Below, one piece after another: positions 1 through 14,112 of a stretch of DNA of 64,000 nucleotides. Numbering within the stretch: position 1 is the first letter of the stretch; each line of letters begins with the position of its first letter. A program made the translations under genes and the position numbers. The stretch is from Epiperipatus broadwayi (taxonomy: Eukaryota > Animalia > Onychophora): the NCBI GenBank assembly GCA_028023455.1, contig JAQFVV010000009.1, positions 930,001-994,000 of the forward strand, given 5' to 3'. The notes below the pieces were generated by a model. It searched no databases, had not been told where the DNA came from, and saw only the letters and a program-made list of their open reading frames with translations.

Positions 1-230
1 ATGATTACCATCTCTTATGCTAGCACATAACTGTTATTAAAGAGGCAAAACTCAGTGCTCTCTGATCCAAGGCTCCTCACTGGCAAAAGCCACAAGCCAG
101 AAACTAGTCTGGAGATATTGGATGAGTAGGCACTAGATGGGGATTTTATGCACAAGCCTTCTGGCATCCATTGATTACTCTGGTTGGCACAGAGTGGCAC
201 TACTGTATGGAGAGTTTTGCCTGCTTAATA
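1..230. mobile_element. Internally deleted copy of a TIR-bounded non-autonomous element (MITE family A); window starts inside its left TIR
   Basis: 1-53 (ATGATTACCATCTCTTATGCTAGCACATAACTGTTATTAAAGAGGCAAAACTC) matches the reverse complement of the TIR at ~57778-57835. 54-230 matches 58077-58253. The end GAGTTTTGCCTGCTTAATA is inverted relative to TATTAAAGAGGCAAAACTC. Confidence 0.75.
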
Positions 231-546
231 TGTTAAACTATTTTTCGTAAAAAGATATTTTTATTTTATTTTCAACTTTTTATTAAATAAGGTGTACAAA
301 TAATTAGTGATTTATTCACTAAATGTCTAAATTTTAAATTAAATATAGTTTACTATGTATGTAAACAAAGGGAGTACATCATTTAGATTACTTTTGCCTG
401 GGGGAGGGGGTGATTTACTCTCTTTATTCAATATATATTTGTGAGTGCAAATAATCTGAGAGAGATGTGAAAAATGTGACACATAAAAGTAAAAAACTGT
501 TAAACAATTGCAGAATAATAAAATTAACTTTTTTTTTCTTTTTCAG

Positions 547-1190
547 GCTTGAAACAAGTATTTAATAGCACATATGAATTTTGGCAAAAAGATCACAAAA
601 ATGCTCACCATATGAAATGTATCATGTCGCATAAGAAAGTCGATAGTCTTCCTATCAAAAAAAATATATGGTCAATTGATAACCTTCAAGAGACAAAGAA
701 TTGCGAGTTACAACAAATGAAAAACATGTTGAATTACAGGATGGCTAATGCAGAAGTAAATCAATCGAGATATGAAATGGCAAATACTTTGAGAGGAATA
801 GGAACAAATTGTGCTGAGCTTGAAAATGATGCATACGACAGAAGTAGTCATAATTCTGATCAAAGTGACTATGAGATTGAGGACGACGATAATGATTATG
901 TTATGAAAAAATCACAAAGTCTGTACTCTTTGCAAAATATAAATGATTATGAAAAGAATATTAACCCAAAGAAAGAAAATATCACAATACATGTTAAAAT
1001 GCAAATTGCTAACTTTAAATCACCAGGTGGAGACACTGCAATAAAAAGAACTAATTTTGAAAAGAATTTTCGTGACAATTCTGTTATTAAAGATGGTTTA
1101 AATTTTTATGATGATTCTGGAGACAATATAAGATGGGATCAAATTCCAAACGATTATCCAGAAATTGCTAGAAAATCTCGATTAAAATAA
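547..1190 (+). CDS. Terminal coding exon of a host gene (about 214 codons, product not recognised); upstream exons lie outside the window
   Basis: Long polypyrimidine tract plus TTTCAG acceptor (AG at 545-546) directly before a 642-nt stop-free frame in ~75% AT DNA. Ends in TAA at 1188-1190, followed by AT-rich UTR-like sequence. The TTG 'start' in the ORF track is just the first full codon after the splice site. Confidence 0.75.
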
Positions 1191-1599
1191 ATGGAACTGA
1201 AAAGTACAAAAGTAATAATAACTTAAAGAAATTCAACTTTTTTTTTTTTATTGATCGTAAAAGAATATAGTAATTCTTGAGATAAAATTAAATAACAAAC
1301 TTGTCCCATTAAAAATTGTTATAAATTTTTATCATATGTAAAAAATATGAATATCCAAGCACATATATGGGTATATATACAAATGTCGATATTGGTATAT
1401 ATATGTTAATGACAATTTTTTATTATCTATTTTATTTAATTCATCATAATTAAAGTATACTTTTTTATTTATTTATAAAATGTAAAAGTTGCTAAACAAT
1501 ATTTACTTGTAATACTTTCCATAATATTTTTTTATGTACTATTTACCTAACTTAAAAAATAATAAAGATTAGAACATTTTAAGACCACACCACAGATAT

Positions 1600-2450
1600 T
1601 AAACATTGTGTACATATTTAAAAGTGAGATCTACTATTTAAAATAAACATATACCATAAATTAAAAAAAAAAACTCTGGTAAGAACTTTGCTCTTATCAA
1701 TATATTACCAAGTCCTTGTGTTTCAGTAACCATTTTATAATAGATTTCACAGAGATGTTGAGATTTTTCAATGCTAAAAGTAATATTCAAAGTCTCCTTA
1801 TTCAGTTGACTGTATATATATATTGTATTGTATAGAATACATTGCAGCCTTTTATTCTTATTGATATTATGTCTTATAAATATTCCTATTCTATATGCTG
1901 CTCTATCACTGGTAAGTGCCAAATTCAAAGTCGTTCTAACAATGAAATTAAGAAACTATCAGAGAGAGTGAGAGTAATAACTTCACTTACTGGAACACTT
2001 TTTTGTGAGCTCATTTTCATGTTTATTCTCATTTCTTATTTAAAAGTTTTAATAATGGTCTAGTTTTTTGCTTAAGGATGTTATCATTATGCTGCTCATA
2101 AATGCTTTTAATTTCTTTACTGTAAAGGAGCATTCACCTTTATCAATGTTTTTACCTTGTTGGATTATAGTTTCTCTTCTTTTTCACTTATCAGATGATC
2201 CAAGAATTCTATTTTCTGAGGTTTTGATATTTATTTTTTGTTGTTGAATTTAATCCCAAAATTTTTCAATTTTTCACAGACCCTCTTTATACATTAATAT
2301 AACTCTTCTTCTGCATTAGCTGTTATTAAAATATTATCGAATTACAGTAGTTATTACAAAAGATTGTCTGTTATCTCTGAAAAAGCCAAGACTCTTTTTT
2401 CACTCAAAAGAACTTAATAGAAGTGCAGCCAAAACTTTTTTTTTTTATAG
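1600..2450 (-). mobile_element. Highly decayed non-LTR retrotransposon RT C-terminal relic (RTE/L2-like)
   Basis: Minus-strand translation near 2230-2340 gives (F)DNILITANAEEELY*CIKRVCEKLKNFGIKFNNKK, resembling the FADDxxLxAxSEEELQ...GLxINxKKT region of LINE RTs; many stops. Confidence 0.5.
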
Positions 2451-5152
2451 ATAAGATACTATTCTAAGACTTTGATTCACTGTTATTTAAGATTATGCAT
2501 TTATGAAATTACAGAAATTTTAATTGCCATCTTTTATAAATTCTCTTTTAAATAAAAGTTTAAATGTATAAAGTATGCAAAAACCTTGGACTTAAGAATA
2601 GATTTAACTGATTGGAAACCCTTCGTTGTGATCTTATACAAGACAACATAATTAGTGAGACATTTTGGAACTGAAATAATTATATATTTAAATAATTTTA
2701 TTTAGAAATCCTGCTTCACAAATGTGAAAAAAACTTTCTCATTCATTTAAGTAGTAAAAAGTATTGTAATATCAAGGATGGTAATCATAACAAAGCAAAT
2801 GATAATAACAATAATAAATGTACTTCAATTTTTTAATACATATATGTATATATGTTTAACCAGGAACCTTCCTCAGTCACCTCACCACCTCATTCTATCT
2901 TGTAACTTTATATTACTAACTCCAGACCTATGTAGGGTGATATAGATTTTTAAACAGTGAAATCCACAATTATCTTAGTTAAATTCAATACTATAAGCCT
3001 CACATGTGGAGAATCCAAATCAATTTAATGACACATTCACACATAGTATTATCTTAAGCCATTAAAAAAAGATACATTGAACATAAAAATCTATATTATT
3101 AAAAAGGAGATCAAACTAATAATCATTAGTTATATTTCCTAATCATCCTTTTCATATCAATTCCTATAAGAATAAAAAAAAACTTGCAATCAATAAAATA
3201 TCTTTATAAAACCTGAATCACATGAATTTCATGTGCCATTTTTTCCATTCATCAAGAGAAAGAATATTTTAAACAGGTCCTTATAGAGGCATCCATCTAC
3301 TGTTTCCTACAGCATATTCCAAATTCAAGCTCAGTAAACTCTTAAATTTTTAAAATTTATAATTTATATTTACTGTGAAATGAGAGCAGATAAATTGAAC
3401 ATCAAATGCTGACTCTATTTAGTAACCAATCTATTATATTAAATAAATAAATAAAAATCCCAATCATCATTTTAAAGTCAAATGACACATTATAGAATTA
3501 TAATATTATAATATAAGTGAAAAACCTTTTCCCTCTATTCTTCACGTTACATGTAGATATATAATTATATACACACATCTTTAAAAAAAGAATAGTTATA
3601 TGGATATGGACTTTTCAAAAGATTAAAAAATATTGTTATATAAAAGTATGAAATAATTAGCACACATAAGTATGTGTAATTATTTATCAATTGCATTTAC
3701 AATAATAAAATTCAAGTCATAAATTTGGTAGATTTTAAAATACAATTATAGGATCCCACACACATGCTATGCATACACATGTATAAGTATTGCTCATTTC
3801 ACAAATTGTATTAATATATAAGAAAAATAAAGACAATGCTCTATATTAGATAGATTCAAAATATAATAATAATAATAATAATCTTTCTTTCTGGGTGGGT
3901 GTGGTTTTTTCCATTATAACACTTTGATTTGATAAAATAAAAAAAATATCCGGAGCTAAGTTCTCTTCAATAGTTATAATAAAAAAAAATGTTTTACTTT
4001 GGTAGTATATTTTTTCATTTTTTTTTTTTTTTACAAAAAAAAATTGATACATTTGTCCCAGGCTTCTAGCATTCTCTTCAGTCATACATACTATAAACAG
4101 GGGGCATCAGAATTTAGATTAATATTCAGTATAGGAATGTGTTTTTCTTAGACAGGCATTCATAAGACAGAGCAATGGCATACTGTCTTACATGTTAATG
4201 AGGGAAAAAGAAGATTGGTGTACTTAACTGGGGTCTTTACTCTACACTGTCTTTGCCCATTCTAAGGAATAACATTTTTGCAAAACAAGAATTCATAATA
4301 CACTCAATAACAATATCTATTCCCTGCAAGCAATTTATAGCATTTCATAATGATTATAGTTGCAAAGTTCCAGAGTTTCAGGACCAAACTTCTATTAATT
4401 TTTTTTCAGCCAATGTTTTTTCCAGCAATAAAGTATACTTCTCTCACTTTGCTACAATCTGAGAACAAATCTCTAATAACACTATACTTTAGTTTTAAAA
4501 AATAATTTATAGCAGTACACCTGAAAATAAAATTTGCTGACAGCCTATTTTTTTTAATCACTATTTGATTTCTAATTAAATCTGCAGGTAAACCTTTTCA
4601 CTAGTAAACTAAATAAATTATCTAATCAATATATATAATAAATATTTTTTTGAAATCTGTAGCTTCAATAAGAAGAAAAAAAAACAAATTTTTGTTATTC
4701 CTTTACAAAAGAAAAGCTATCAAATGGTAATTAAAGAGAAAAATTATTTTACAATTCTATTCTCTTTTCATTAATTATACTTATATAAGATAAAAGAAAA
4801 AGAACTTAATTTTAAGTTTTTCTTTTTTTAACTTTCTACCGATAAAATAAAATATACAAATTTTTCTTAGCAAAAAAAATAAAATAAGAATAAGCTTTTA
4901 CATATCATCTATGTATATAAAATTATATCTACAAACATCGATTTTTTAAAATACAAATTTATATTTGTTAATTTTAAAATATTTCTTTAGTTCATTTTTG
5001 TATTAATATTTAAAGTGCTAATGATACAAATTTGTGATGGCTTTTGATCATCATCATCCCACCACAATATTAAATTTGAGAATTTTTTTTAATAGGAATT
5101 CAAGACTTGAATATAGAATAATTATTTGTAAAAAAGCTGTCTGAATTATATA

Positions 5153-8100
5153 TGAGATAATAACTCTTATATCTTTAATTTATTTAATATAGCAGTTAGA
5201 AATTGAATAAAATTTCAGTTTCATTAATTTTTTAAGATATAGGTTTATATTATATATGCACTCACATTAATAATGGTCTGCACATATAATTAATTTAGAT
5301 CAATTTTATTTTAGTTTTAAAAAGACAAAGAAATTCTTTATCTTTTTAACTAAAGTTATTTTAAATAACTCTGTTTAGAATAGATATTAAAGGAACAACA
5401 CTTATCAAATAATAATCTATAAAACACATCTCAATTATTTCATATTTTTTAATCAGGTAAAACTCTTGGAAAATCAATTTTTTAAATCTTATTTTTAATT
5501 TTGGAAATGTTGGATTTTAATAATATTTTAAGTGTCATTTTTCAACAAGCAAATTTATTTGATTAAAAAATGTGTAAACTAAATGAATGAAAATAATTAT
5601 TGGCTTATTTAATTAGAGCATTATTAAACAGATAATTACTGGTCTAAATGAGAGAGCTTGTTAATTAAAAAAGTTAATGATATAAAAAGACCAGCTCAGA
5701 ATTATTCTGATATTTGTCATTGATCATGCATACTTCTTGTGATTATTGCTTTTTTCCTGTTTAACATAAATTCTATCAGTAACTGAAAGAATGAAGATAC
5801 ATTGTTAACATTCACTCAAATGAACTTCACTTCTTCAGTATGTAACCTATAGCCATAAGATGTCCAACTTTGCTTTCTGAATTTGAGCTAATATGCCAAC
5901 TACTGTCTTCACATATACTGTTCGACAGATGTGCTTCTCAATATTAAAGAAAAAATTTCATGAAAATTGTCTACAAGATTGAAAACTGGCAAATGAAGAT
6001 TCACATGTAAAACCACTAAGGAATCCATTTGCATTCATATGTATGTATATATAGAATTCAGATTTTTTAGAAAATAATATCAATCCAACTGTATCTTTTC
6101 CCTGGACTTAAGGTAACCTTTTGTTTATGAACTATTTTATAAAACATTTACTTATGAAAAAAATCAGTGATAGTTATAATTTAAATTATATAATTTCATG
6201 TATTTATGCATTTATCTATTTTATTAAACCAATTTTAATATTTATATTTGATAACATCTCATCTAATTTTATGTATATTATAGAGCATAGTAAATTTACT
6301 TTAAGATAGTTAAAATAAAGGAAACCAATTTGTTAGTAACATATTAATTCCCCTCCTCTATAAAGTTTTTTTTAAGTAAAATTGCTTCTGTCATTATTAT
6401 TATGATGTAGTTTTAGATCAATGTTCCTTTTAACCCATTAAATTCTAAGACACCATCTTTAATTTTAAAAAAATAACAAAAAATATAATTTTTGATATAT
6501 TTTCTATTTTATTACAATAAACATATATGCATTGTTAGAAAGAGAAAATATGAAAGAATATAATAAAGCTGATAAAATAGTCATTATCTAATAATAATAA
6601 TTTAATAATGAGATTTTTAACACTTTTAAAAATATTTACTTTTACATTGGTTCACAAATTCTAAATTTTGAAAGATATATGTTAAAATTACAATTTCATA
6701 GAAAGCATCACATTTGTCATAAAATTATGGAAAAATGATATATAATATGTCTTACCTAAAGTAATTTTTCAGTGAAAAAATTATTAAAATAATGTGATTG
6801 GTAATTTCCATTTTTACTAGCTGACACAGATCCTATCCTTCCATATCAGGGTATCTGCTATAAATGTTTGGTTGTCCTTCCATGCAGGATATCTGTTAGA
6901 AATATGTTTGGTTTTTAGTGGGGAATTTGGTTGTCCTTCCATGCAGGATATCTGTTAGAAATATGTATGGTTTTTAGTGGGGAAAAATAACAGTAATAGT
7001 TTACAAGATGTTATGCAAAAAGAATTTTAGTAAATTATAATGTATTATATTATATTATAATACTATTATATATTAATTATTATATTATATTAATGAAAAA
7101 TGGGGTGTGACCTAAAATGTGTATTCTTTTCAAATAAAGTGTACTCAAATAAATATCACATAATAAAAACAACTTATGAGATATTATGCAAAGAGAACTT
7201 TAGTAAATTGTAATATATTTTAATGTATAATTAATTATTATATTATTGGGGAAGGGGGGGGGGCACATAAAACTATGTATTCTTTTCAAGTAAATAAAGT
7301 GTATTCAGAAAATAAATATCAAACAAAAAATTCTTTAAGTATAAAATGAATAAAAATTAAGTAAACTCAACAAATATCAAAATAAACAAATTTATTATGA
7401 GCACTGATTATATGTGTGTGGGGGAGATAATGTATGAAGTAGATGGCTGAGGGTATGTTATCGAGTCTGGATGTGGATGTTTTCATATCATTGAAATGTA
7501 TTGTCTAAAATTATATAGCATATTTATTCTTTTCTATATATATTTAATTATATAAAAAAGTAATAAAAAATAAGTAATAAAAGTAATTGAATACTCACTG
7601 ACTCCTGGCTAGTTAGCATCCGTTTCAAATTAAAATTTCCTGAGGCATTAGATATGATATCTACAGTTGTCATTGTAGATAAAAAATAACTCCAGTCCTT
7701 TTTTTTGACATTACACCTTCCAAATCCTTTTTTTACATTGCAGATTCCAAATAGCTTGAAAATGAACTTCTAGCAAAAGGGTTTACAAATACATGTTGCC
7801 ACTTTCATATCCATATCAAGTAGTAAGAGAATGCAGTTCAGCTGTAAAAAAGATTTCCCATTAAAAAAAAATCTAAAAAAAATAATTAAAAATTGTATTT
7901 TAGAAAAAAAAATCATAAAAAATCCAAATTTTATTGTAGAAAAAAAAAAGCTCATTTAAAACATAATAAAATGGCGGATCGAATGGTCTGAGAGCTGTAA
8001 GGGTACAATTTACTGATTCCATGCAAACTCAGTTGAAACTCTAAATTTTTGAACAGGGGCTTTCAGGGACACAAGGGATTTAAAAGAAAAGTTTTAAATA

Positions 8101-9115
8101 AAAAAAGTTTTTTTAAAAAAATAAATAGATTTTGTTATTTATTTTATAGTTTATATTTAATAATTGATTGTCACTTTGAAGATATTCAAAAATCATTAAT
8201 ATATGTATGTCTAATGTGATATGCATGTAATTATAAATCATTTGATAAGCTGATTTAATTTGTTAGTAGTCTTGCTTGTTTATTTTGTTTGCATCACATG
8301 CATCTGAAGTTAAAAGAATTAGTATATATATATATGCATTGTATATAATAATCCTGGATATTTATTCACTATATTGTTTTCTTGCATTTCATAATATGTA
8401 TAGCAGCCACTTTACATGCTTATAGGTGATTGGGTTTAGTAGACATTTCTCCACATGAATTATATATATTTTGCTTTATAATACAGGTGATTCAGAGGCC
8501 TATTTATTGTCATTCTATATATTTTTTTAGTAGTGTGGAGGTGACAGACATACTGCATTGGACTAATTTTGTAATGGTCTGCGTGTAAATATTTATAGTA
8601 GATTAAGGCTGCTTTATCATGGATTGTTTGTTTAATGCAGAAGTGAAATATACATATGTGCACATCTTGATAAACCATAGAATAATTATTAAGTTTCAAA
8701 GATAATACAGCATTATAAGTAAATTTTTGTGAAGCATAATATTTAAAGTTACAGATATCACATTAACATGAAAAGAGTTCATTATCATTCAAATGCATTT
8801 GTATTCTATTGCATATGAACTCTGAGAAGTTTGAGCTTCATTGTAATTGAACTATATTATACTATATTATAAATATTATTTTGTTGATTGTTAGATTTGT
8901 TTCAGCATTTTGTTTATTGGTGTCTACTCTACCAATTAATATTTGCAAAGAATCTCTTGAGCTCCATGATCTAGAGGCTAATTTTAAATGTCTAAATGGT
9001 GATACAACTGTGGCAAACATTTATATTTCTTATCCTCAACAGTAAACCATCATTTTCTAGATTATATGTCTAGTGGTACCCTCTGGTGAGGGATACTAGT
9101 ATGCCTGCTATTCAT
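5153..9115 (+). repeat. Copy A of an old local direct duplication (homologous blocks 5153-6137 and ~8517-9115, split by a ~2.4 kb insertion)
   Basis: Collinear similarity to 11103-11995, 14270-14342 and 14345-15003, e.g. TGAGATAATAACTCTT, AGTATGTAACCTATAGCCAT, TTGGACTAATTTTGTAATGG, ACATGAAAAGAGTTCATTA. Confidence 0.85.
6867..6985. repeat. Two-copy tandem duplication, 59-bp period
   Basis: TTTGGTTGTCCTTCCATGCAGGATATCTGTTAGAAATATG...GTGGGGAA starts at 6867 and 6926; one substitution. Confidence 0.9.
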
Positions 9116-9214
9116 TACATAGTAAGTTTATTTAATTTTTGGTGTAATCAACTATTAGTATGCCTGCTATTCATTACATATTAAGTTTATTTAATTTTTG
9201 GTGTAAGCAACTAT
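9097..9214. repeat. Two-copy tandem duplication, 59-bp period
   Basis: TAGTATGCCTGCTATTCATTACATA...GGTGTAAnCAACTAT starts at 9097 and 9156; two substitutions. Confidence 0.9.
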
Positions 9215-12200
9215 GGGGCCTTATGGTGATTGAGTTAACACATAATTTGAAGCCAGATTACAAAATACACCCTGAGATATCAAAAAACGTTTGACAGAAT
9301 ATATTATAAATTTAATTAGTTGATGATGGTTGGCACAAAATAGAGCCAGAAATAACAGCAAAAGGAATTGGATGGAGCAAGTGAAGTGACATTCATGGGA
9401 ATGTGGTGATGTTTATGAAGTCCATAAAACCATAAAAGATTTGATATATTTAAAAATAATAAAGTTGAACATAAACAGATAGAATATAAAGTAGAAGCAA
9501 AAAAAGTTAACATATTAGAAACAGATAAGTTTTATATAATATCAAAAGTAAAAGATGATTTCTTTCTCCAATATGGAAGCAGAGAATCAAAATAGAAGTC
9601 TAACACCTGAGAAGGTGTCAAAGGAAGAAGACATCCTGTGTCATTTAAAACCCAGAGGTGATTGAAAGAAAATATAAGCAAGGGAAATGGGCATATCAGA
9701 GAAGCAAGGACAGCATAGAAATCATTTAGGACATGATCAATTATATGATGTAAAAGATGGACTCAATAAAAGAGCTTAAACAAATGTTTAATCAAAATGA
9801 GCACTCAATAAAAGAATTAAAATGAAATCAGTGCTCATTACAACAATGAAGAAAAACTTAAAGAAAATCAACAATCATTGGAGCAAAAATGAGAACAAAG
9901 TAAATGTGACACGATGCGATAATTTAAACAAAGTCTGCATTCAATGGAAGAGAAATTAAAGATCCAAAAGAAAATGGATAACATTAAAGATAAAAAAGAT
10001 GATCATGTGAAAGTCACTAAAAGCGACATTGTTTCAAATGAAAAATTAGAGAAAGATAAAATAAAATTTAAGAGCTTCTTGATGATATTAAGAATATTAT
10101 AGACAGAGATGAAGTTAATATGAATCCCACTAAATGTGTCATAGAAGAGTGTATAAAACAATCAGATAAAAATATGAAACAGGGAACAAATAATAGAAAT
10201 TAAATGAAAAAAGTGGATGTGAGTGGTGATGATTTAAAGTCTGACTCAGAGCATTGTCTGAAGAAAAAGCATAATATATCAGTACATTATTTGTGGATGT
10301 ATCTAATGAACTTTTGTGTTTACAAAAAAATCTGCTTCATATAAGAAACAGATTTTTGATTTTATAAACCTTTGATTATTTATTGCATAGAATAGCAGAT
10401 GCTTCTATAATTAAAAAATCATATTTCTAGAATTGACATGACCAGAAATCATAGTACAAAATGTAATGTGATGAATGATTATATCAACATTTTAGGTGAA
10501 AAATCAGACAGCTTACCATGAATAGTTCAAAGACTTTGGTACAAGCAACAAAGGAATTTTTCAGAATATCTTCGCATATTTATATTACATACAAACTCAG
10601 AAAGAAAATTTTCTATAGAACTTCTATCTATAACAGTTGCAATAGAAAACTGCAATACTTTATAACAAATAGTGGCATTATGTTATAAAACTGGTTTTAC
10701 CCAGCTATTTAAAGAATACTTATATTTTATATTGAAATTATTAAGGCTTGCTTTAAAAGTCATGAAATGCAAATTCAAGATGAAATTTCTGCAGATCAAC
10801 TTGAAAAGCATAATGAAGGTGATGAATTGGTTAAATTAATTGATCATATTCTGAAACAATGTTGAAGAGGACAAATGAAAGAAAGAACCACCAGATAAGA
10901 TCCAACCTGTTAAGAAAACTTATGTATGACCCCAAACTAGAGAATCCAAGTTCTAAAATTAATATTTGAGAATGCATCCAGTTGGCAGATAGCCATTACA
11001 ATGTTAAATAAATTCGATTGTAATTTTAAAAATGTGAATTTCTTTATGGCAATAAGTTAATACTAAATGTCAACTTTTTTTTTGCCTTAAGAAAAAAGGT
11101 ATTGAGATAATAACTCTTCTATCTCAATCTTTAATTTACTTTATAAATATAGCAGTTGGTAATTGTGAATCAAATTTCAATTTCATTAAGCTTTTTTAAT
11201 ATAGGTTTATATTGTATATGCACACACATTGATAAAGGCTTGCATATATATTTAAGTCAATTTTATTTAATTTTAAAAAGATAAAGAAATTCTTTGTCTT
11301 TTTAACTAATGTTATTTTAAATAACTTTGTTTTAGAATTTATGTTAAAAGAACAATGCTTATTAAATAATCTATAAAAAATTTTCTCGATTATTTTGTAT
11401 TATTTTAATCGCTAAAGCTTTTGAAAAATCATTTTTTAAGTCTTGTTCCTGGTTTTGAAAATGTTGGATTTTAATAATATTTTAAGTGTCATCTATAAGG
11501 AAACAGATTTGATTTAAAATTTGTAAACCAAATCAGTGAAAATAATTACAGGTTTATTTAACTAACGAATTGTGTAAACAGGTAATTATTGGCTTTGTTA
11601 ATTAAAAAAAAGGTAAATGAATGTGAAAGTTAATTATATAAAAAGATCAGCTCAGAATTATTCTGATCATTTTGCTTCTTTTTGTCATTGATCATGCATT
11701 CTTCTTGTGATTATTGCTTTTTGCCCATTTAACATAACTTCTACCAGCAACTGAAAGAATAAATATATTTTGCTAACCACCACTTGAATGAACTTTACTT
11801 TTTAAGTATGTAACCTATAGCCATTTGATGTCCAACTTTGCTTGCTGAGTTTGAGCCAAGAACATGACAACAATGGTCTTGAAATATTCCATTCAATAAA
11901 TATGCTTAATATTAAAAAACATTTCATGACAATTCTTTACAAGATTGAAAACTAGTAATTGAAGAGATTTAACATGTAAAACCATTAAAGAATTCTATGT
12001 GCACATACACATACGTTATTATACATCAAAATACATTATTATAAGATTACATACGTAATGATGTTAGGCTTGAAGCATAAAAGTCCATTAGCTGGTTTAC
12101 AGTTGTTGTTTTTTTAAATTTGAAAGTTTAACTTAACACTTTTATCTTAGTAAGACAAAGGCCCATCCTAAACTCTAATTCTTGGAAATTATCTTACGTC

Positions 12201-13389
12201 ATACATACCTGCTGTTATTTGTGTGAGACTTAAATACACAGTTTTAAAAATAAATTTGAAAGAGACCATATCAAGCTACGATATTTCCTGAATAAATTAA
12301 TTTTACTGGCATCTTCTTTACAGTAATAAACCTAAAACCAAATTTAGCCTGAGCGACACCATCCATCCGATTGAGAATGTTGGTAATTTTTTTAAAATTC
12401 TTAAAATATTGGTAAAAAATTACTTAAATAAATGCTAACTGTCTATTATTCAGATTTGTGATTCATTATTATAACTCTTAGTTAGAGGGATAATCCCAAG
12501 TCAAATGTAAAATATTATATTTTTAAAAATAAGTTAATTAGGTTTTTTATTTGTTGATAGTGTTGAAAGTGAGGGTGTTCCCGCCATTTCACATTTACCA
12601 ATTTAATTTTTTAAAATTATAATACTGATTTTTGAGATTTAGTATATACTGTTGAAAGATCAGAGTAATCTTGATAGAAGCATTTATCATTTTTTCTAAT
12701 TATCACTATGTATATATATTTAGGTTTTACGACTTTTTTAAAAATGCCTTAACACACGTTCTTTTTTGATATTTACGATTGCAATATTTGATTTTCATCA
12801 CTATATACATTAGCATTTTTGGTTTATCTTAAAGTATTTTTTAATTTTCAATGTTCACCTCCTCTTCTTTTCCCGCACTTTTTTCCATAGTATAACCTTT
12901 GGCTATTTAATGTGACATTACAACCCAATGTTTGATTTATAGCATTATAGTTTTTAAATATTGTTTTTTTAAAATTATAATACTGATTTAGTATATAGCG
13001 TTGCTAGACCGGACTGAGCTTTTAAAATAAATTTATTATTTTTCTAGTGATCGTATATTTTAAAGGGTTTTTGTAAATATCATTTAGATTTTTTTAAAAT
13101 TTAAATAAGTTAATTTTTTGAGATTTAAATTACAATGTTTGATTATCACTCTATAAATTACGTTTTTGATTTATTTTAAGGATTGTTAATTTTTTTTAAT
13201 TTTCAATATAGCTTCTCTTTTGTTTTTTCTTTCCCTTTTTTCATTGTAGTTTAGGCTGTTTAATGTTGTTAATTCTGATTTATAATTATAGTTTTTAAAT
13301 ATTGTTTTTTAAAATACGATTTAGTATATACTGTTGAAGAAGATAGCTTTCTTTGAAATAGATTTATGATTTATTTTTAAAGGGTAAAT

Positions 13390-13760
13390 AGTTAATTTTT
13401 TGAGATTTACTATTAATGTTGATTTATAGTGTTTTTGATTTTTTGAGATTTACTATTAAATTTGGATTTATAGTGTTTTTGATTTTTTGAGATTTACTAT
13501 TAAATGTTAGATTTATAGGTTTTTAATTTTTTGAGATTTTATAATGTTGATTTATAGATTTTTGATTTTTGAGATTTGTATTAATTTGATTTATAGGTTT
13601 TTGATTTTTTAATTTTTTGAGATTTGTATTAAATGTTGATTTATAGATTTTTAATTTTTGAGATTTGTATTACAATGTAGTTTATAGATTTAATTTTTGA
13701 GATTTTATTAATGTGATTTATAGGTTTGAGATTTGTATAATGTTGATTTATAGTTTATGA
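13390..13760. repeat. Degenerate minisatellite, ~35-42 bp unit (TTTTTTGAGATTT...AATGTTGATTTATAG...)
   Basis: About 9-10 imperfect copies of GAGATTT...GATTTATAG visible in tandem. Confidence 0.85.
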
Positions 13761-13924
13761 TTTTTTTAAAAAGATTGATTAGATAAGTTATTCAAGATCT
13801 TAGCTTTTGGTCTCGTGATTCCATTTTATAAGTGAATGAAAATATAATTATTGCTTAAAATTTTTCATATTATTTTTTAATTTTTAATTCAGATTTTATA
13901 AGTTATAATCTTTTGGCATATACG

Positions 13925-14112
13925 ATTTTGTGTTTTAATATTTTAATCACGTGATTTTTTTTATTTATTAAAATTGCTATTTTTGTGTTTTAATATTTTA
14001 ATCACGTGATTTTTTTATGAAAATTGTGATTTTTGTGTTTTAATATTTTAATCACGTGATTTTTTAATGAAAATTGTGATTTTTGTGTTTTAATATTTTA
14101 ATCACGTGATTG
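13925..14112. repeat. Four-copy ~50-bp tandem repeat, each unit carrying the palindrome AATCACGTGATT
   Basis: CACGTG at 13948, 14003, 14053 and 14103 within the unit TTTTGTGTTTTAATATTTTAATCACGTGAT. Confidence 0.9.

Noticed and set aside
15-200. Similar short ORFs at 15-200 and 58062-58316 (SNQWMPxGLCIKS...)
   Set aside because: Both lie inside copies of MITE family A; the third copy (57383-57776) has the frame broken, so the similarity reflects the repeat, not a protein.
547-1190. Faint resemblance of EVNQSRYEMANTLRG to the TRPC C-terminal coiled coil
   Set aside because: Needs a multi-residue gap and no other TRP motif is visible; no gene symbol assigned.
9560-11000. Purine-rich, coding-like + strand stretch (possible gag or ORF1 relic)
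   Set aside because: No recognisable motif in any frame and many stops; cannot be classified.
13390-14112. Regularly spaced repeats superficially like a CRISPR array
   Set aside because: Units are whole tandem copies without unique spacers, the context is eukaryotic, and there are no cas genes.
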